A stretch of DNA of 64,000 nucleotides. It comes from a virus (lineage: Duplodnaviria > Caudoviricetes). The notes beneath the pieces are model-generated. The model was not told where the DNA came from and made no database searches. It saw only the letters and a list, made by a program, of their open reading frames with translations. This document shows, in pieces, positions 54,079-64,000 of this stretch. Each line of letters starts with the position of its first letter. Position 1 is the stretch's first letter. The position numbers were made by a program, and so were the translations under genes. The stretch spans positions 96,001 to 160,000 of IMG/VR virus record IMGVR_UViG_3300023283_000076. One strand, 5' to 3'.

Positions 54079-54883
54079 AGTTTTCCTTTGTTATTGAACT
54101 TGCACGTTCTATTATCTTAGACGTATTCATGCCATACCAACCAGATGTTGCGAACGAGTTTAATTCTATTATTTTTGGTCCGTTATTAGTCATCGCAATA
54201 TCTATTGCATATAAATCATATGGTTGCCATTCAGTATTTTCTATTATGTCTTCTACAAACATAAAAGCGCATTCGTCTGTATTTTGATCAATAGTAATCT
54301 CATCATTTACAATATAGCGTGAATGGTCGATAATTTTACGATTTCCTATAATGAACCTAGATTCCTCGTAAATATGCTTATATGTCGATATCAAAATCAT
54401 AGATTTTTTTGATATATTATATAATTGTTTTATAGCATTTAATTCTTGTACGATATCTTTTTTATGAATTATACATCCTGTGAATGATTTGTTTCCACTG
54501 GCCGGTCTAAAAAACAGCCTATTTTTATTGAAAAGTTCATAATAATATTTTGGTTTAGACATTAAATTTGAAAATGTAGAATATATATGATCTTCGTTTA
54601 AATATTGTTCAAAATCGGTTCCGAATAATGACATGTATACATTAGTATTAAAACTCTGGTTATCAAAATAGCACCCATAAAAATTTTGCATATTATGAAC
54701 CGTATTCAATGAGCCGTATACTATTACTGGTTCTACAATAGATGATAGCTCTTTTTCCATTTTCCCTCGTAAAAATGAAACATAATCAAATTCAAAATAT
54801 TTTATTTTAAGATTTTTAAATTCTTGCGCCGGGATTTTATTGTCTTCAAATATATTTCTATCTACAATCCATTTGGTGCTCAT
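54053..54883 (-). CDS. ATP-grasp protein (R2K/DUF4343-like)
   Basis: FFRPASGNKSFTG, ESRFII, YAIDIA...KIIELNSF..SGWY. Confidence 0.82.
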   Translation of the reverse strand: MSTKWIVDRNIFEDNKIPAQEFKNLKIKYFEFDYVSFLRGKMEKELSSIVEPVIVYGSLNTVHNMQNFYGCYFDNQSFNTNVYMSLFGTDFEQYLNEDHIYSTFSNLMSKPKYYYELFNKNRLFFRPASGNKSFTGCIIHKKDIVQELNAIKQLYNISKKSMILISTYKHIYEESRFIIGNRKIIDHSRYIVNDEITIDQNTDECAFMFVEDIIENTEWQPYDLYAIDIAMTNNGPKIIELNSFATSGWYGMNTSKIIERASSITKENFEKDKLYD

Positions 54884-54949
54884 TTGTTATATGTTCCTTT
54901 ATGTATACCGATAGGCTTATTCTATCGCCATTTAATTTAAATGTCAACC

Positions 54950-55450
54950 CTATTTTGAGGCCATGGCCAGATATTTCCAAAATTTATCAGGTTCAACTTC
55001 TAAATATATGTATTCTCGTTTAACTCTAACCCAAAAGGACCTGCTGCCGTTTTCTCTAAAATCAATATCTAAGTGCATCATAGGCCCGGGCTGGTTTACA
55101 TTTCTTTTAGTATCTAAATATACACCTATCCCACCCCAATTCGTATTTTCAACTGCCTTGACCCAACAGTCTCGCACGTCACCCGTGGGAAATACGTCTA
55201 CGGCTTTTCCTTGTTTCCCAGTTTCTAAATCTACAAAATGTCTGCTAGTTTTAGATCCATCTGTGCGTATTAATCCTCGTGGGTGCTGTGATGGTATGAT
55301 TGCTTTCCCGTGTTCTTCTCTTAAATCATCCAAATTTGATATAACACGATAATTTACGAATTTAAGTTCTTCTGGGTTAAGCCATTCATCCACGCTAAAA
55401 TGTTCAGCGTATCCTTTTTTGATGAAATCGTATGCATTAGTGTAATTCAT
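54950..55450 (-). CDS. Peptidase M15-like (possible endolysin)
   Basis: SRH...AVD...GGIGVY...MHLD Zn-ligand pattern. Confidence 0.75.
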   Translation of the reverse strand: MNYTNAYDFIKKGYAEHFSVDEWLNPEELKFVNYRVISNLDDLREEHGKAIIPSQHPRGLIRTDGSKTSRHFVDLETGKQGKAVDVFPTGDVRDCWVKAVENTNWGGIGVYLDTKRNVNQPGPMMHLDIDFRENGSRSFWVRVKREYIYLEVEPDKFWKYLAMASK

Positions 55451-55862
55451 TCAATGTTTCCCATAATTTTTTATATGTATTTTCAATTATTTGTATACCG
55501 TTTTTGTTATCAACTATATTTCTAAACTCTTCTAATTTTAAGTTGATATCTTTTTTAAGAAGTGTTAGGCCATCATCATCTATATTAAATTGACCGTCTT
55601 GGAAATTCTTTTTTCGATTGTTTATTTTAACCTCAAATTCTACAATACGCTCATTCTCATTATTCTCTATATTATAAGTTACACTAAGAGTTTCATCTTT
55701 TTTAAATAACCAATTTTGTATTTGCAATTCCCCACTAACCACTGTTTTTAAAGAAAGATGTTCTTCATACCCAAATATTATTATATACCCATATTCGCCT
55801 TTGGGGTATACTGTATGAGTGACTGGAGGGTCAAATATTTCTAATATTGAATTTAATTTCAT
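55437..55862 (-). CDS. Probable late protein
   Basis: Start reassigned to MKLNSILE. Confidence 0.6.
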   Translation of the reverse strand: MKLNSILEIFDPPVTHTVYPKGEYGYIIIFGYEEHLSLKTVVSGELQIQNWLFKKDETLSVTYNIENNENERIVEFEVKINNRKKNFQDGQFNIDDDGLTLLKKDINLKLEEFRNIVDNKNGIQIIENTYKKLWETLNELH

Positions 55863-55893
55863 TTTTCTAACACTGTTATTGTGTATATATTTA

Positions 55894-57006
55894 TTATAAA
55901 TCAAAACCTTTAAACGCAGTTGAATCTACACTCTTATCTATTTCTCCGACAACATATGAACTTATCTCAGTTTCTTGTGGGGCAACTTGTCGTTCCTTTC
56001 CCGCAATCCAACTTTGAGTCCACGGTAACGGATTAGCTTGTGAAACTTTATATGGACTCTCTAAGTTTACTGCCCGCATTCTTTTATTTGCTATCCATTC
56101 AATATATTGTTTTAACAGTTCTGCATTTAGCCCTATCATGGAGCCATCTTTGAATAAATATTCTGCCCAATGTTTTTCTTGATTTACCGCATCTTGAAAT
56201 AACTTAATAGACTCTGTATCGGTTTCTTTTTTTATTTTTTCATAATCTGAGTCGTCTTTTGGGAGCGTATTCAATAAAAATTGTGTGAACCCTAAATGTA
56301 AGTTCTCGTCTCGGGCTATAAATTTTATTATTTTAGCGTTTCCTTCCATTTTATTATTCTCTGCAAATGCCCATGAACATGCGAAACTTATATAAAATCG
56401 TATACCCTCAAGAATATTAACGGACATTAATGCCATCCAAAGGGCCTTTTTATGTAAATACTTAGTATATTTTTTATCATATCCATTAACGGCGGTATAA
56501 TTATTAAATTCTATGAGTTTATCATAATATAAGCTTATGTCTTTTGCGCAATCAACTATCTCTTCAATATTATTAATTTCATCGAAAACTTTCGATGGCT
56601 CAGATAATACATTACGTATCAAATGTGTATATGATTTATTATGTATTCCTTCTACAAATGACCATGCTTCTATAAACGTTTCAACTTCAGGTAACGTTGT
56701 TATAGGAAGAAATGCTAAATTAGGAGACCTTCCCTGAACAGAGTCTAATAAAATTTGTCTCTTCAAATTAGACAAGAAAATGTGTTTTTCATGTTCAGAT
56801 AAGTCTTTAAAATCTTTCGCATCCCGTGTCACGTCTACTTCTTCGGGTCTCCAAAAAAAGCTCATCTGTTTTTCATACATTTTAAGAACCCTATCATATT
56901 TCACCTCATCATATCGGGCAATAGTAACCCCATCATTTTCATTGTCAAGGAAAATGTTACATTTTTTATGAGATTTTTTATTTTTTACGTTATATGATTT
57001 GTTCAT
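55894..57006 (-). CDS. nrdB: Ribonucleotide reductase class Ia beta subunit
   Basis: FFWRPEE, LDSVQGR, E.IH..SY, LEGIRFY.SF, RDENLH, VAPQETE. Confidence 0.98.
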   Translation of the reverse strand: MNKSYNVKNKKSHKKCNIFLDNENDGVTIARYDEVKYDRVLKMYEKQMSFFWRPEEVDVTRDAKDFKDLSEHEKHIFLSNLKRQILLDSVQGRSPNLAFLPITTLPEVETFIEAWSFVEGIHNKSYTHLIRNVLSEPSKVFDEINNIEEIVDCAKDISLYYDKLIEFNNYTAVNGYDKKYTKYLHKKALWMALMSVNILEGIRFYISFACSWAFAENNKMEGNAKIIKFIARDENLHLGFTQFLLNTLPKDDSDYEKIKKETDTESIKLFQDAVNQEKHWAEYLFKDGSMIGLNAELLKQYIEWIANKRMRAVNLESPYKVSQANPLPWTQSWIAGKERQVAPQETEISSYVVGEIDKSVDSTAFKGFDL

Positions 57007-57019
57007 TTATTTTTTCTCC

Positions 57020-59344
57020 TTATAATATACAAGAATCACATTCCTCTTCTTCTACTATTTTATTATCATTTTCGTTTATGTTTTCATTATTTTCATTGGT
57101 TTCGTTATCAAAACTATCTGTTGCACCATCATAGGTATTATGATAGTACAGCAATTTTCCACCGTGTTTATAATATATTAATACTTGTTTTATAAGTTCT
57201 TGCATGGGTATTTTGTTATCTGGATAATTTTCTGGATTAATGCTGACATTTGTAGATATAGCTTGGTCTACATATTTTCCTATAATACACATTATATTCA
57301 AATATCCGTCAGGTGATTTTTGGTCCCATAGAAGATCATATTTATTTTTTAATCTATGTATTTCAGGTACAACTTGTTTGAGTACACCATCCTTGGATGA
57401 TTTTTCAGATACTAGTGCTCTTGGCGGTTCTACTCCATTAGTAGCGTTAGCCAATTGACTTGATGATTCACTCGGCATTAATGCCATTAGAGTAGCGTTG
57501 CGTATACCATTAGCTTTTATATCCTTTTTTAAACCTTCCCAATCCATTTTGGGGTTCATTTTAATGAGATTATCTACATCTTTTTTACGGCTCTCCCATG
57601 GAAATATTCCTTGTCCGTATTTTGTTTCTTTCCATAATTTACACGGGCCCTTTTCTTTGGCTAATTCTGCTGACGCCTTTATGAGATAAAAAGACATTGC
57701 TTCCATATACTCATCTATTTTAGAAAAGGCAGAGTCATCATATTTCATATTATTTTTAGCAATAAAATATGCTAAATTTATAATTCCAACACCTAACGTT
57801 CTAAATTCTTGTGTCGAAAGTTCTGCTTGTATCATGGGGTATTGTTGATATGAAAGAAGTTCATCTAATGCCCTGACTGCTAAGTTACATGGTTTCTCAA
57901 AATCTTCTGGTTTCTTTATATTTCCCCAATTAATTGCAGATAATGTACATAACGCAATTCTTCCAGTTTCATCTGATAAGCTATTAAATGGTTTTGTAGG
58001 TAATGTTATTTCACAACATAAATTACTTTGTTCTATCGGATGTTTTGTTTGGTCGAAAGATGATTGATTATTACAATGATCTATATTTTGAATATATATT
58101 CTTCCAGTAGATGTTCTTTCGTCTATGATATTACTAAACACTTCTATTGCAGGTAAACTATATTTCATTTTTATTTTTCGACTACGTTCATATTTCTCAT
58201 AAAGCTTTTCAAAATTATCATTATCTCCAGAGTAAAATGCGTCCATTAAATCAGGAACTTCATGGGGGCTAAAGAATGTTATCTTTTCACCTTCTATTAA
58301 TCTTTTATATGCTAGTCGGTTTAATTGTACTCCATAGTCCATATGGCGAACGCGATTTTCCTCGACGCCCTTATTATTCTTTAAAACTACAAGATTCTCA
58401 AATTCATAATGAAAAAATGGATAGTAGACTGTAGCAGCGCCACCCCTTACGCCACCCTGACTGCAGCTTTTTAATGCTGCATGGAAATATTTTAAAAAGG
58501 GTACTACTCCTGTATGTTTTATTTCTCCATTTCTTATTTTAGAACCTATGGCTCGAATTCGTCCAACATTAATTCCTATTCCCGCCTTTCTCGACACATA
58601 ATTGACTATTGAAGATGCAGTAGCATTTATACTATCTAAACTGTCGTCGCTAGAAATAAGTACGCAACTACTAAATTGTTTTGTAGGTGTTCTCACTCCA
58701 GCCAATATTGGTGTGGGGACAGATATATCCCAATTACTCAATGCATCATAATAATCTTTTATGTAATTCATTCTGGTTTCTTTAGGATAATTATGAAAAA
58801 GTGTTGCGGCTATCAACAGATAAGTCATTTGCGGTGTTTCGTAATATTCACCTGTTACTCTATTTTGGACTAAATATTTTCCTAGCATTTGTTTCATACC
58901 AGCATATGAAAAATTATAATCTCTATCATGTTTAATTATTTTATTCATTCTAGACCATTCTTCATTACTGTACCAATCCATTAATTCATCTGTGTAATAT
59001 CCAACAGCAATATTATGTTCCACCAGCTTTCTAACAGGCCACGGTTCTATTGTTCCATACACCTCTTTTCTTAAATTAAAATTTAATAATTTGGCCGCAA
59101 CATATTGATAATTGGGATATTCTTCAGATATCAAATCTGCAGAGGTTTTTGTAAGAGTTTTATGTATTTCAGTTGTACTTATATCATCAAAAAGTTGTAA
59201 TTCACTTTTAAGCTCTATTTCTGATATTGAAACACCAGAAATTTCTTCACAGGCCCACGTAAGAATTTTATGTATTTTATCTAAATCCAATCTCTCCCGA
59301 GTGCCATCTCTTTTTATCACATTTACATTGCTTTTTTCGTTCAT
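57020..59344 (-). CDS. nrdA: Ribonucleotide reductase class Ia alpha subunit with ATP cone
   Basis: VIKRDG, PTPILAGVRT, QFSSC, SNLCCEI, MPSESSS, C-terminal CDSC. Confidence 0.98.
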   Translation of the reverse strand: MNEKSNVNVIKRDGTRERLDLDKIHKILTWACEEISGVSISEIELKSELQLFDDISTTEIHKTLTKTSADLISEEYPNYQYVAAKLLNFNLRKEVYGTIEPWPVRKLVEHNIAVGYYTDELMDWYSNEEWSRMNKIIKHDRDYNFSYAGMKQMLGKYLVQNRVTGEYYETPQMTYLLIAATLFHNYPKETRMNYIKDYYDALSNWDISVPTPILAGVRTPTKQFSSCVLISSDDSLDSINATASSIVNYVSRKAGIGINVGRIRAIGSKIRNGEIKHTGVVPFLKYFHAALKSCSQGGVRGGAATVYYPFFHYEFENLVVLKNNKGVEENRVRHMDYGVQLNRLAYKRLIEGEKITFFSPHEVPDLMDAFYSGDNDNFEKLYEKYERSRKIKMKYSLPAIEVFSNIIDERTSTGRIYIQNIDHCNNQSSFDQTKHPIEQSNLCCEITLPTKPFNSLSDETGRIALCTLSAINWGNIKKPEDFEKPCNLAVRALDELLSYQQYPMIQAELSTQEFRTLGVGIINLAYFIAKNNMKYDDSAFSKIDEYMEAMSFYLIKASAELAKEKGPCKLWKETKYGQGIFPWESRKKDVDNLIKMNPKMDWEGLKKDIKANGIRNATLMALMPSESSSQLANATNGVEPPRALVSEKSSKDGVLKQVVPEIHRLKNKYDLLWDQKSPDGYLNIMCIIGKYVDQAISTNVSINPENYPDNKIPMQELIKQVLIYYKHGGKLLYYHNTYDGATDSFDNETNENNENINENDNKIVEEEECDSCIL

Positions 59345-59454
59345 TTTTTTCCTTTGTGTTATTATTGTTTATGGGTAATCGCTATTTATTTCAAAAACCG
59401 TAGTAAAACCAAAATGCCTTATTAAACATAATTTTAATCATATATTCCCCTTAT

Positions 59455-60003
59455 CTAACTTGACATAATCATTTTTAATAATGTTGAATAGTCTGGATGC
59501 TTACTCTTCTTGACCGCATAATAATATGGAATATTATAAAATATTATTTCATTTTCCGAGAAAAGCGCATTTTCTAAATTCTGTTCAGTTTGTTTATATG
59601 AATACTCGATCATATCCTTAAACGTATCTTTTACATTAATAGTATCCATGGTTGTTTTTAACCGATCATATATTTTCATGTATTCTTTATGATAATCAAT
59701 ATCTGGATTATATAAAAACTTATATCCATTTATTGGAAATACGTAAAATTTAGGTTTATCTGATATATTCTCTGAAGAATGCGGACCATTACAAAATATT
59801 GATCTTCTATGAATATTTTTATATTCGTCTTCAAAAGCTTCATCGAACAGCGTAGAAAAATTATCTTTTATTTTTTTCTTTCTAACTTTAACCCTCTTTA
59901 CAAAACGACCATCGAAATATAGACTTTTTTGAGCATAATTTCCCTTAGATTCCTCTATGAAGTTTGAACACTCTGTTTTTATTTTATGTAATATATTGCT
60001 CAT
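59455..60003 (-). CDS. Probable late protein
   Basis: Divergent late-promoter site near 60004-60016. Confidence 0.65.
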   Translation of the reverse strand: MSNILHKIKTECSNFIEESKGNYAQKSLYFDGRFVKRVKVRKKKIKDNFSTLFDEAFEDEYKNIHRRSIFCNGPHSSENISDKPKFYVFPINGYKFLYNPDIDYHKEYMKIYDRLKTTMDTINVKDTFKDMIEYSYKQTEQNLENALFSENEIIFYNIPYYYAVKKSKHPDYSTLLKMIMSS

Positions 60004-60049
60004 ATTTTTATAAATAATTTCACTTAAGTTCTGTAATTATTATACATGC

Positions 60050-60682
60050 ATGACAGAAACAATTAAAGACTTTGAAAAAGATGTTTCTGGGAAAGATATT
60101 TATCTTATTGGTGGGGGCACATCTTTTAACCCTGTTAATCATATACCATTGCTCCCTAAATCTCAAGTTATTTGCATAAATTCTGCGTTAGAAGATTTTG
60201 ATACCTGTTTGGCTGCCGTCTGGTTTGATGATTCTTGGATGAAAAAAAACATAAAACTATTAAAGGAAAAACGTCACCAATATGGTATAAAATTTAGTAG
60301 AAAGAATAAAAGATTATACACCAATGAAAGTCATGATTATATAGAACTTTTTAATTCTAGTACTAAAGATTTTAATGTTAAACGAGAAAAATATGACGTG
60401 TGTGGCAACAATACAGGTGCTTGTACTATCCACCTTCTTGATCAGTTAAAGACCAAAACAATATATCTGTTAGGCTTTGATTGCCGAGAAGAAAATGGAA
60501 ACTCTCATTATCATAATAGATATGGAAAATATGTTAAACAAAATTCTTTTAATAGAAGTTTTCTTCCTAATTTCGAACAATTGGCAAAACATATAACACA
60601 TTCTAGAGTGGTTAATTTATCTGAAAATACTAAAATAAAAAGTTTTAAACAGGGCAGAATAGAAAGTATTTTAAAAGTATAA
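60050..60682 (+). CDS. MAF/DUF115-like (GT29-like fold) sugar transferase candidate
   Basis: IYLIGGGTS, VICINSA, NTGA..IHLL, IYLLGFD, HYH; TATAAATA at 60009. Confidence 0.7.
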   Translation: MTETIKDFEKDVSGKDIYLIGGGTSFNPVNHIPLLPKSQVICINSALEDFDTCLAAVWFDDSWMKKNIKLLKEKRHQYGIKFSRKNKRLYTNESHDYIELFNSSTKDFNVKREKYDVCGNNTGACTIHLLDQLKTKTIYLLGFDCREENGNSHYHNRYGKYVKQNSFNRSFLPNFEQLAKHITHSRVVNLSENTKIKSFKQGRIESILKV

Positions 60683-60709
60683 ATAGCTATATCAGGTTAT
60701 TTTATTTTA

Positions 60710-63550
60710 ATGGCAACAATACGATATAAATGCGACTCGTGCCTTCGAGAAATTGAATTATTGGAAAATAAGTCAGGTTTGACAACTCTATCCAATTGTA
60801 TTATAACTGAAAATTGCCGGGGTACATTATTTAGACAGCGAAGAACAAACCGATTACGTGTTGATACTAAGCAGAACATTATTAATCTAGAAGAAAATTT
60901 GCTGGACCGAAGAGAACGAAAAATATTTTTTCCCTTTTCCAAAAGTATCCCCTCCAAGCGTTGGGTAATAAATCATAATTTAGGGTCGTTTCCGGCAGTG
61001 TCAGTATTTGTTGAAATTGACGGCGGGACAAATATACGAGAAGCAGATAAATCTGAGTATATTAGAAAAGATATCAATAAAAATACTTTAGATATTTTAT
61101 TTGATAATAACCAAACAGGTAAAGTACATGCAGTATCTAGAAGTATTTCTGAACAAGATATCCCGCAAACTACATTTTTAGAAGATTCCATAAACATATC
61201 TCCTAATGGAACTCTTACTATTGCAGTTTTATCAAAAGCGTTCGGTAATGTTTCTACTGATATTGAAAACCCAATAAATGTAAAATTTGATGTATCATTA
61301 AAAGAGCCAAATGAAGAAGAGGTTTTTTGTATTGAAGAATTTAACGGCGGTTCACAATCACCATGGGCAGATTATCCAGCAATATCTTTCAGAAAACGTA
61401 GGAACTATATTGTTAAAGTTGCAAACTTGTTAGATCTTAAAGTGATACAAGAAAGATATGATTCTTTAAAAGACATTCCAGAGCTAACGGAATTTAAGTT
61501 TAATGGTATCAGTTATAATGGGTCTTCCTTTATGCCAATAAGATCTAAAAATGCTATATTGTTGCTTTCTTCGCCTCCGTATACCAAATCTGATAAAATA
61601 GTAGATCGAATCATAGATTTAGGGGAGCGTAATGTTCAGGAAAATGGGAAAAAATATATATTTTCAGGGGGTGAATTGTTGGGGTTAAATGATGATATCG
61701 AGACAGTTTATCCACCAATAGAAGAAGATGATATTCTTATACGCACGGATAATACTTTTGGGCCTACTCCTACTCCTCCCCCCACCGTAACGCCAACGCC
61801 ATCAGTATCTGCGAGTGTAACACCCACCCCAACGCCATCGATATCTGAGAGTGTTACTCCTACACCTAGTCCGACGCAGAGCAGTGGTTTCACTCCTACA
61901 CCAACATCTAGTCCGACGCCCAGTCCGACGCAGAGTAGTGGTTTCATTCCTACGCCCACGCCGACGCCGACACCAAGCGCCGAAGGGGTGTTAACCATAG
62001 ATGCTGCTAGTTCCGACGAAAAATCGTTGTCGTTAACATTGACCTCTCAAAGTCCTTTTGGGATCGCGTTCAGCCCTGATACCACTAAATTATTCATGGT
62101 TGGAAGTGACGAGGATGTAATGCAGTACAGTGTGGGTGATATTAACGACATCTCAACATTTAACTTTGACGAGTTAAAATTAAATGTACTTGATACAATG
62201 GTTGATCCGACAGACCTAGTTTTTTCTCCAAACGGGGATAAAGTATTTTTGATGGATCGTGACAATATATACCAATATTCTCCAGTTGATCCTAACAACG
62301 TAACTACATGGACTTACGATGGGTTATCGTTGGGGGTTTCAGCCGGTGCTAGAGGATTGACATTTTCTCCTGATGGGACAAAACTTTTTGTTGTGGGAAT
62401 CGCAACAGATAGTATAGAACAATTTAATATACCTAATGCAAGTGATATAACGACATGGTCAGATGATAATCTTAGCCTTTCGGTTGCGGCTCAAGAAGGC
62501 TCTCCCAATGCGGTGACATTTTCTCCTGACGGAACTAAAGCTTTTGTTTCTGGTTCTTTTTCTGGTTCTGCGTTACAGTATTCATCCTCTAATTTAAACA
62601 ATGTTTCAGAGTGGACTTACGACGGTGTTGCTTTTTCGATGAAATCAGAAATATCTACCCTACAACATATTATGTTCTCTCCGAGTGGTACAAAAATATT
62701 TGGGTTAGGAAATCAAGTAGATACTAATATAGATGGACTATTCCAATATGACGCAACGTTTCCTACTGATGCGTCTACTTGGAGCTATGATAATCTATTT
62801 TTCACCATGGGAGACATAACGTCAACTGCTAAAGGAATAGAATTTTCACCTGATTCATCTAAAATGTTCTTGGTCTCATCAAATAAAAATACTATATTAC
62901 AATTTTCTGTTCCAAATCCCAAGGATGTGGAAACTTGGAAATATGATGGTGTGTTTTTACCATCCGTTGAAGCACGTATGAGAACGATACGCTTTTCACC
63001 AGATAAATCAAAAGTATTTGTTTTAGGGGTAGATGGTGATGCAATTAATCAATATACTCCAATTGACCCAAATGACGTTACGTCATGGATATATGATAAT
63101 GTTAGTTTTTCAGTTTCCGCCCAAACTACTGAGCCACAAGATTTGTTTTTCTCTGCCGATGGTAGTAAGCTTTATGTTCTTGAAAGCAACACCGATTTCG
63201 GCAATGCAAGAAGAATTTTCCAATATTCTTCACCAGATGCAAATGATGTAACAACATGGTCTTATGATGGGAAAACGTTTCCACTTTTCGAACAAGATTC
63301 GTTCCCAACCTCTATCTATATACCAAAAAATGGAAATAAATTATTTATGTTAGGGTTGTCTACCGATGCAATTCATCAATATACTACGTTAGATAATAAT
63401 GATGTAGATACATGGTTTTATGATCAGGTAGTATTTTCTCTGCCATCGGGCAGTCAAAATGGGATGACATTTTCTCTTGATGAAACTAAATTTTTTATAG
63501 TAGATGATTTGAATACTAACGATAATATAACGCAATATTCAACATTCTAA
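60710..63550 (+). CDS. Virion structural protein with Pro/Thr/Ser linker and beta-propeller repeats
   Basis: TATAAATA at 60678; W.INHNLG..P.V motif; PTPT linker; repeated FSPDG.K.F...QY. Confidence 0.85.
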   Translation: MATIRYKCDSCLREIELLENKSGLTTLSNCIITENCRGTLFRQRRTNRLRVDTKQNIINLEENLLDRRERKIFFPFSKSIPSKRWVINHNLGSFPAVSVFVEIDGGTNIREADKSEYIRKDINKNTLDILFDNNQTGKVHAVSRSISEQDIPQTTFLEDSINISPNGTLTIAVLSKAFGNVSTDIENPINVKFDVSLKEPNEEEVFCIEEFNGGSQSPWADYPAISFRKRRNYIVKVANLLDLKVIQERYDSLKDIPELTEFKFNGISYNGSSFMPIRSKNAILLLSSPPYTKSDKIVDRIIDLGERNVQENGKKYIFSGGELLGLNDDIETVYPPIEEDDILIRTDNTFGPTPTPPPTVTPTPSVSASVTPTPTPSISESVTPTPSPTQSSGFTPTPTSSPTPSPTQSSGFIPTPTPTPTPSAEGVLTIDAASSDEKSLSLTLTSQSPFGIAFSPDTTKLFMVGSDEDVMQYSVGDINDISTFNFDELKLNVLDTMVDPTDLVFSPNGDKVFLMDRDNIYQYSPVDPNNVTTWTYDGLSLGVSAGARGLTFSPDGTKLFVVGIATDSIEQFNIPNASDITTWSDDNLSLSVAAQEGSPNAVTFSPDGTKAFVSGSFSGSALQYSSSNLNNVSEWTYDGVAFSMKSEISTLQHIMFSPSGTKIFGLGNQVDTNIDGLFQYDATFPTDASTWSYDNLFFTMGDITSTAKGIEFSPDSSKMFLVSSNKNTILQFSVPNPKDVETWKYDGVFLPSVEARMRTIRFSPDKSKVFVLGVDGDAINQYTPIDPNDVTSWIYDNVSFSVSAQTTEPQDLFFSADGSKLYVLESNTDFGNARRIFQYSSPDANDVTTWSYDGKTFPLFEQDSFPTSIYIPKNGNKLFMLGLSTDAIHQYTTLDNNDVDTWFYDQVVFSLPSGSQNGMTFSLDETKFFIVDDLNTNDNITQYSTF

Positions 63551-64000
63551 ACACTAAATGGATATTTTATAGCTGGATGGGGATCGTAATCCTCTAAGGA
63601 AAAATCATCTACAGTAATATTATTGTTTTCTAATTCTTCTAAAGATTTAACGTCAGGTATTTTTAATATCGGTGATTTTTTGGGTTCTCTAGTTAATTGT
63701 TCCTTGAATAATTCGAATTGATCTTCGTATATATGAATATTGTTCATAAAATGATTAAAGGTTCCAGCTTTTAATCTCGTAATGTTGGCGACCAATTTTA
63801 ATAATAAACAATAACTTGCAATATTAAATGGTATGCCAATGGGAAAGTCACATGACCTTTGATAAAGCGTTAAATCAAGATGCTCGCCTACTATACTAAA
63901 ATTATATAGTAAATGACACGGAGGGAGCGCCATTTTATCTAAATCCGATGGGTTCCAATGGGTGACAATCAATCTTCTATTGTCATTACCTTTTTTAAGC
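63547..64000 (-). CDS. thyA: Thymidylate synthase, C-terminal part (runs off window)
   Basis: RRLIVTHWNP, MALPPCH, YQRSCD..GIPFNIASY, HIY. Confidence 0.97.
   Translation of the reverse strand, partial: LKKGNDNRRLIVTHWNPSDLDKMALPPCHLLYNFSIVGEHLDLTLYQRSCDFPIGIPFNIASYCLLLKLVANITRLKAGTFNHFMNNIHIYEDQFELFKEQLTREPKKSPILKIPDVKSLEELENNNITVDDFSLEDYDPHPAIKYPFSV

Noticed and set aside
61708-61998. Minus-strand Gly/Val-repeat protein
   Set aside because: Shadow frame of the Pro/Thr linker of the plus-strand gene.
60710-63550. Diversity-generating retroelement target
   Set aside because: Repeats are ordinary propeller blades; no adenine-specific variant pair and no reverse transcriptase in the window.
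1-64000. Stop-codon reassignment
   Set aside because: Conserved genes (nrdA, nrdB, guaC, tnpB) are full length in the standard code, TAG and TGA end genes normally, and no suppressor tRNA was seen.
1-64000. Many overlapping opposite-strand ORFs in the track (e.g. 714-1145, 3773-4045, 17063-17356, 31771-32304, 57240-57458)
   Set aside because: They lie antisense to well-supported genes or tRNAs and have no RBS or recognisable motifs.

Overview
This window is 64 kb of a large, AT-rich dsDNA phage with T4-superfamily traits: TATAAATA late promoters, a gp23-like capsid paralogue, nrdA/nrdB, thyA and dNMP kinase. The standard genetic code fits the ORFs. The host is probably an aquatic gammaproteobacterium (inference from sigma70 promoters, Fur-like boxes, and the NrdAB, GuaC and HvfA-type proteins). 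Layout: (i) 1-4.7 kb, a GC-richer early module of single-gene cassettes (promoter-leader-gene-terminator) ending in ardC, with a six-copy Fur-box-like array near its start; (ii) 5-28 kb, probable late/virion-packaged effectors (two ADP-ribosyltransferase-like, two kinase-like), metabolic genes (guaC, dNMP kinase, nucleotidase, PlcP-like and Agt-like lipid-remodelling genes) and a TnpB-only IS200/IS605 element splitting an HslV-like gene; (iii) 28-52.5 kb, a minus-strand array of 18 apparently intact tRNAs plus degenerate ones, interleaved with accessory genes (HvfA-like EGxCG precursor, PTH2-like, TROVE-like/TerD protein, a glycosylation island, a Bfd missed by the ORF track, an Acb2/Tad1-like protein), two IS-derived mini-elements and two families of candidate structured RNAs; (iv) 52.5-64 kb, DprA-like, ATP-grasp, M15 peptidase, nrdB, nrdA, a Pro/Thr-linker beta-propeller protein and partial thyA. 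The strongest candidate for a new system is the TROVE-like/TerD protein with three covarying copies of one RNA stem. One copy is in the gene's own leader and one encloses a circularly permuted, anticodon-less tRNA, like YrlA. All protein assignments come from motif recognition by eye; no database search was run.
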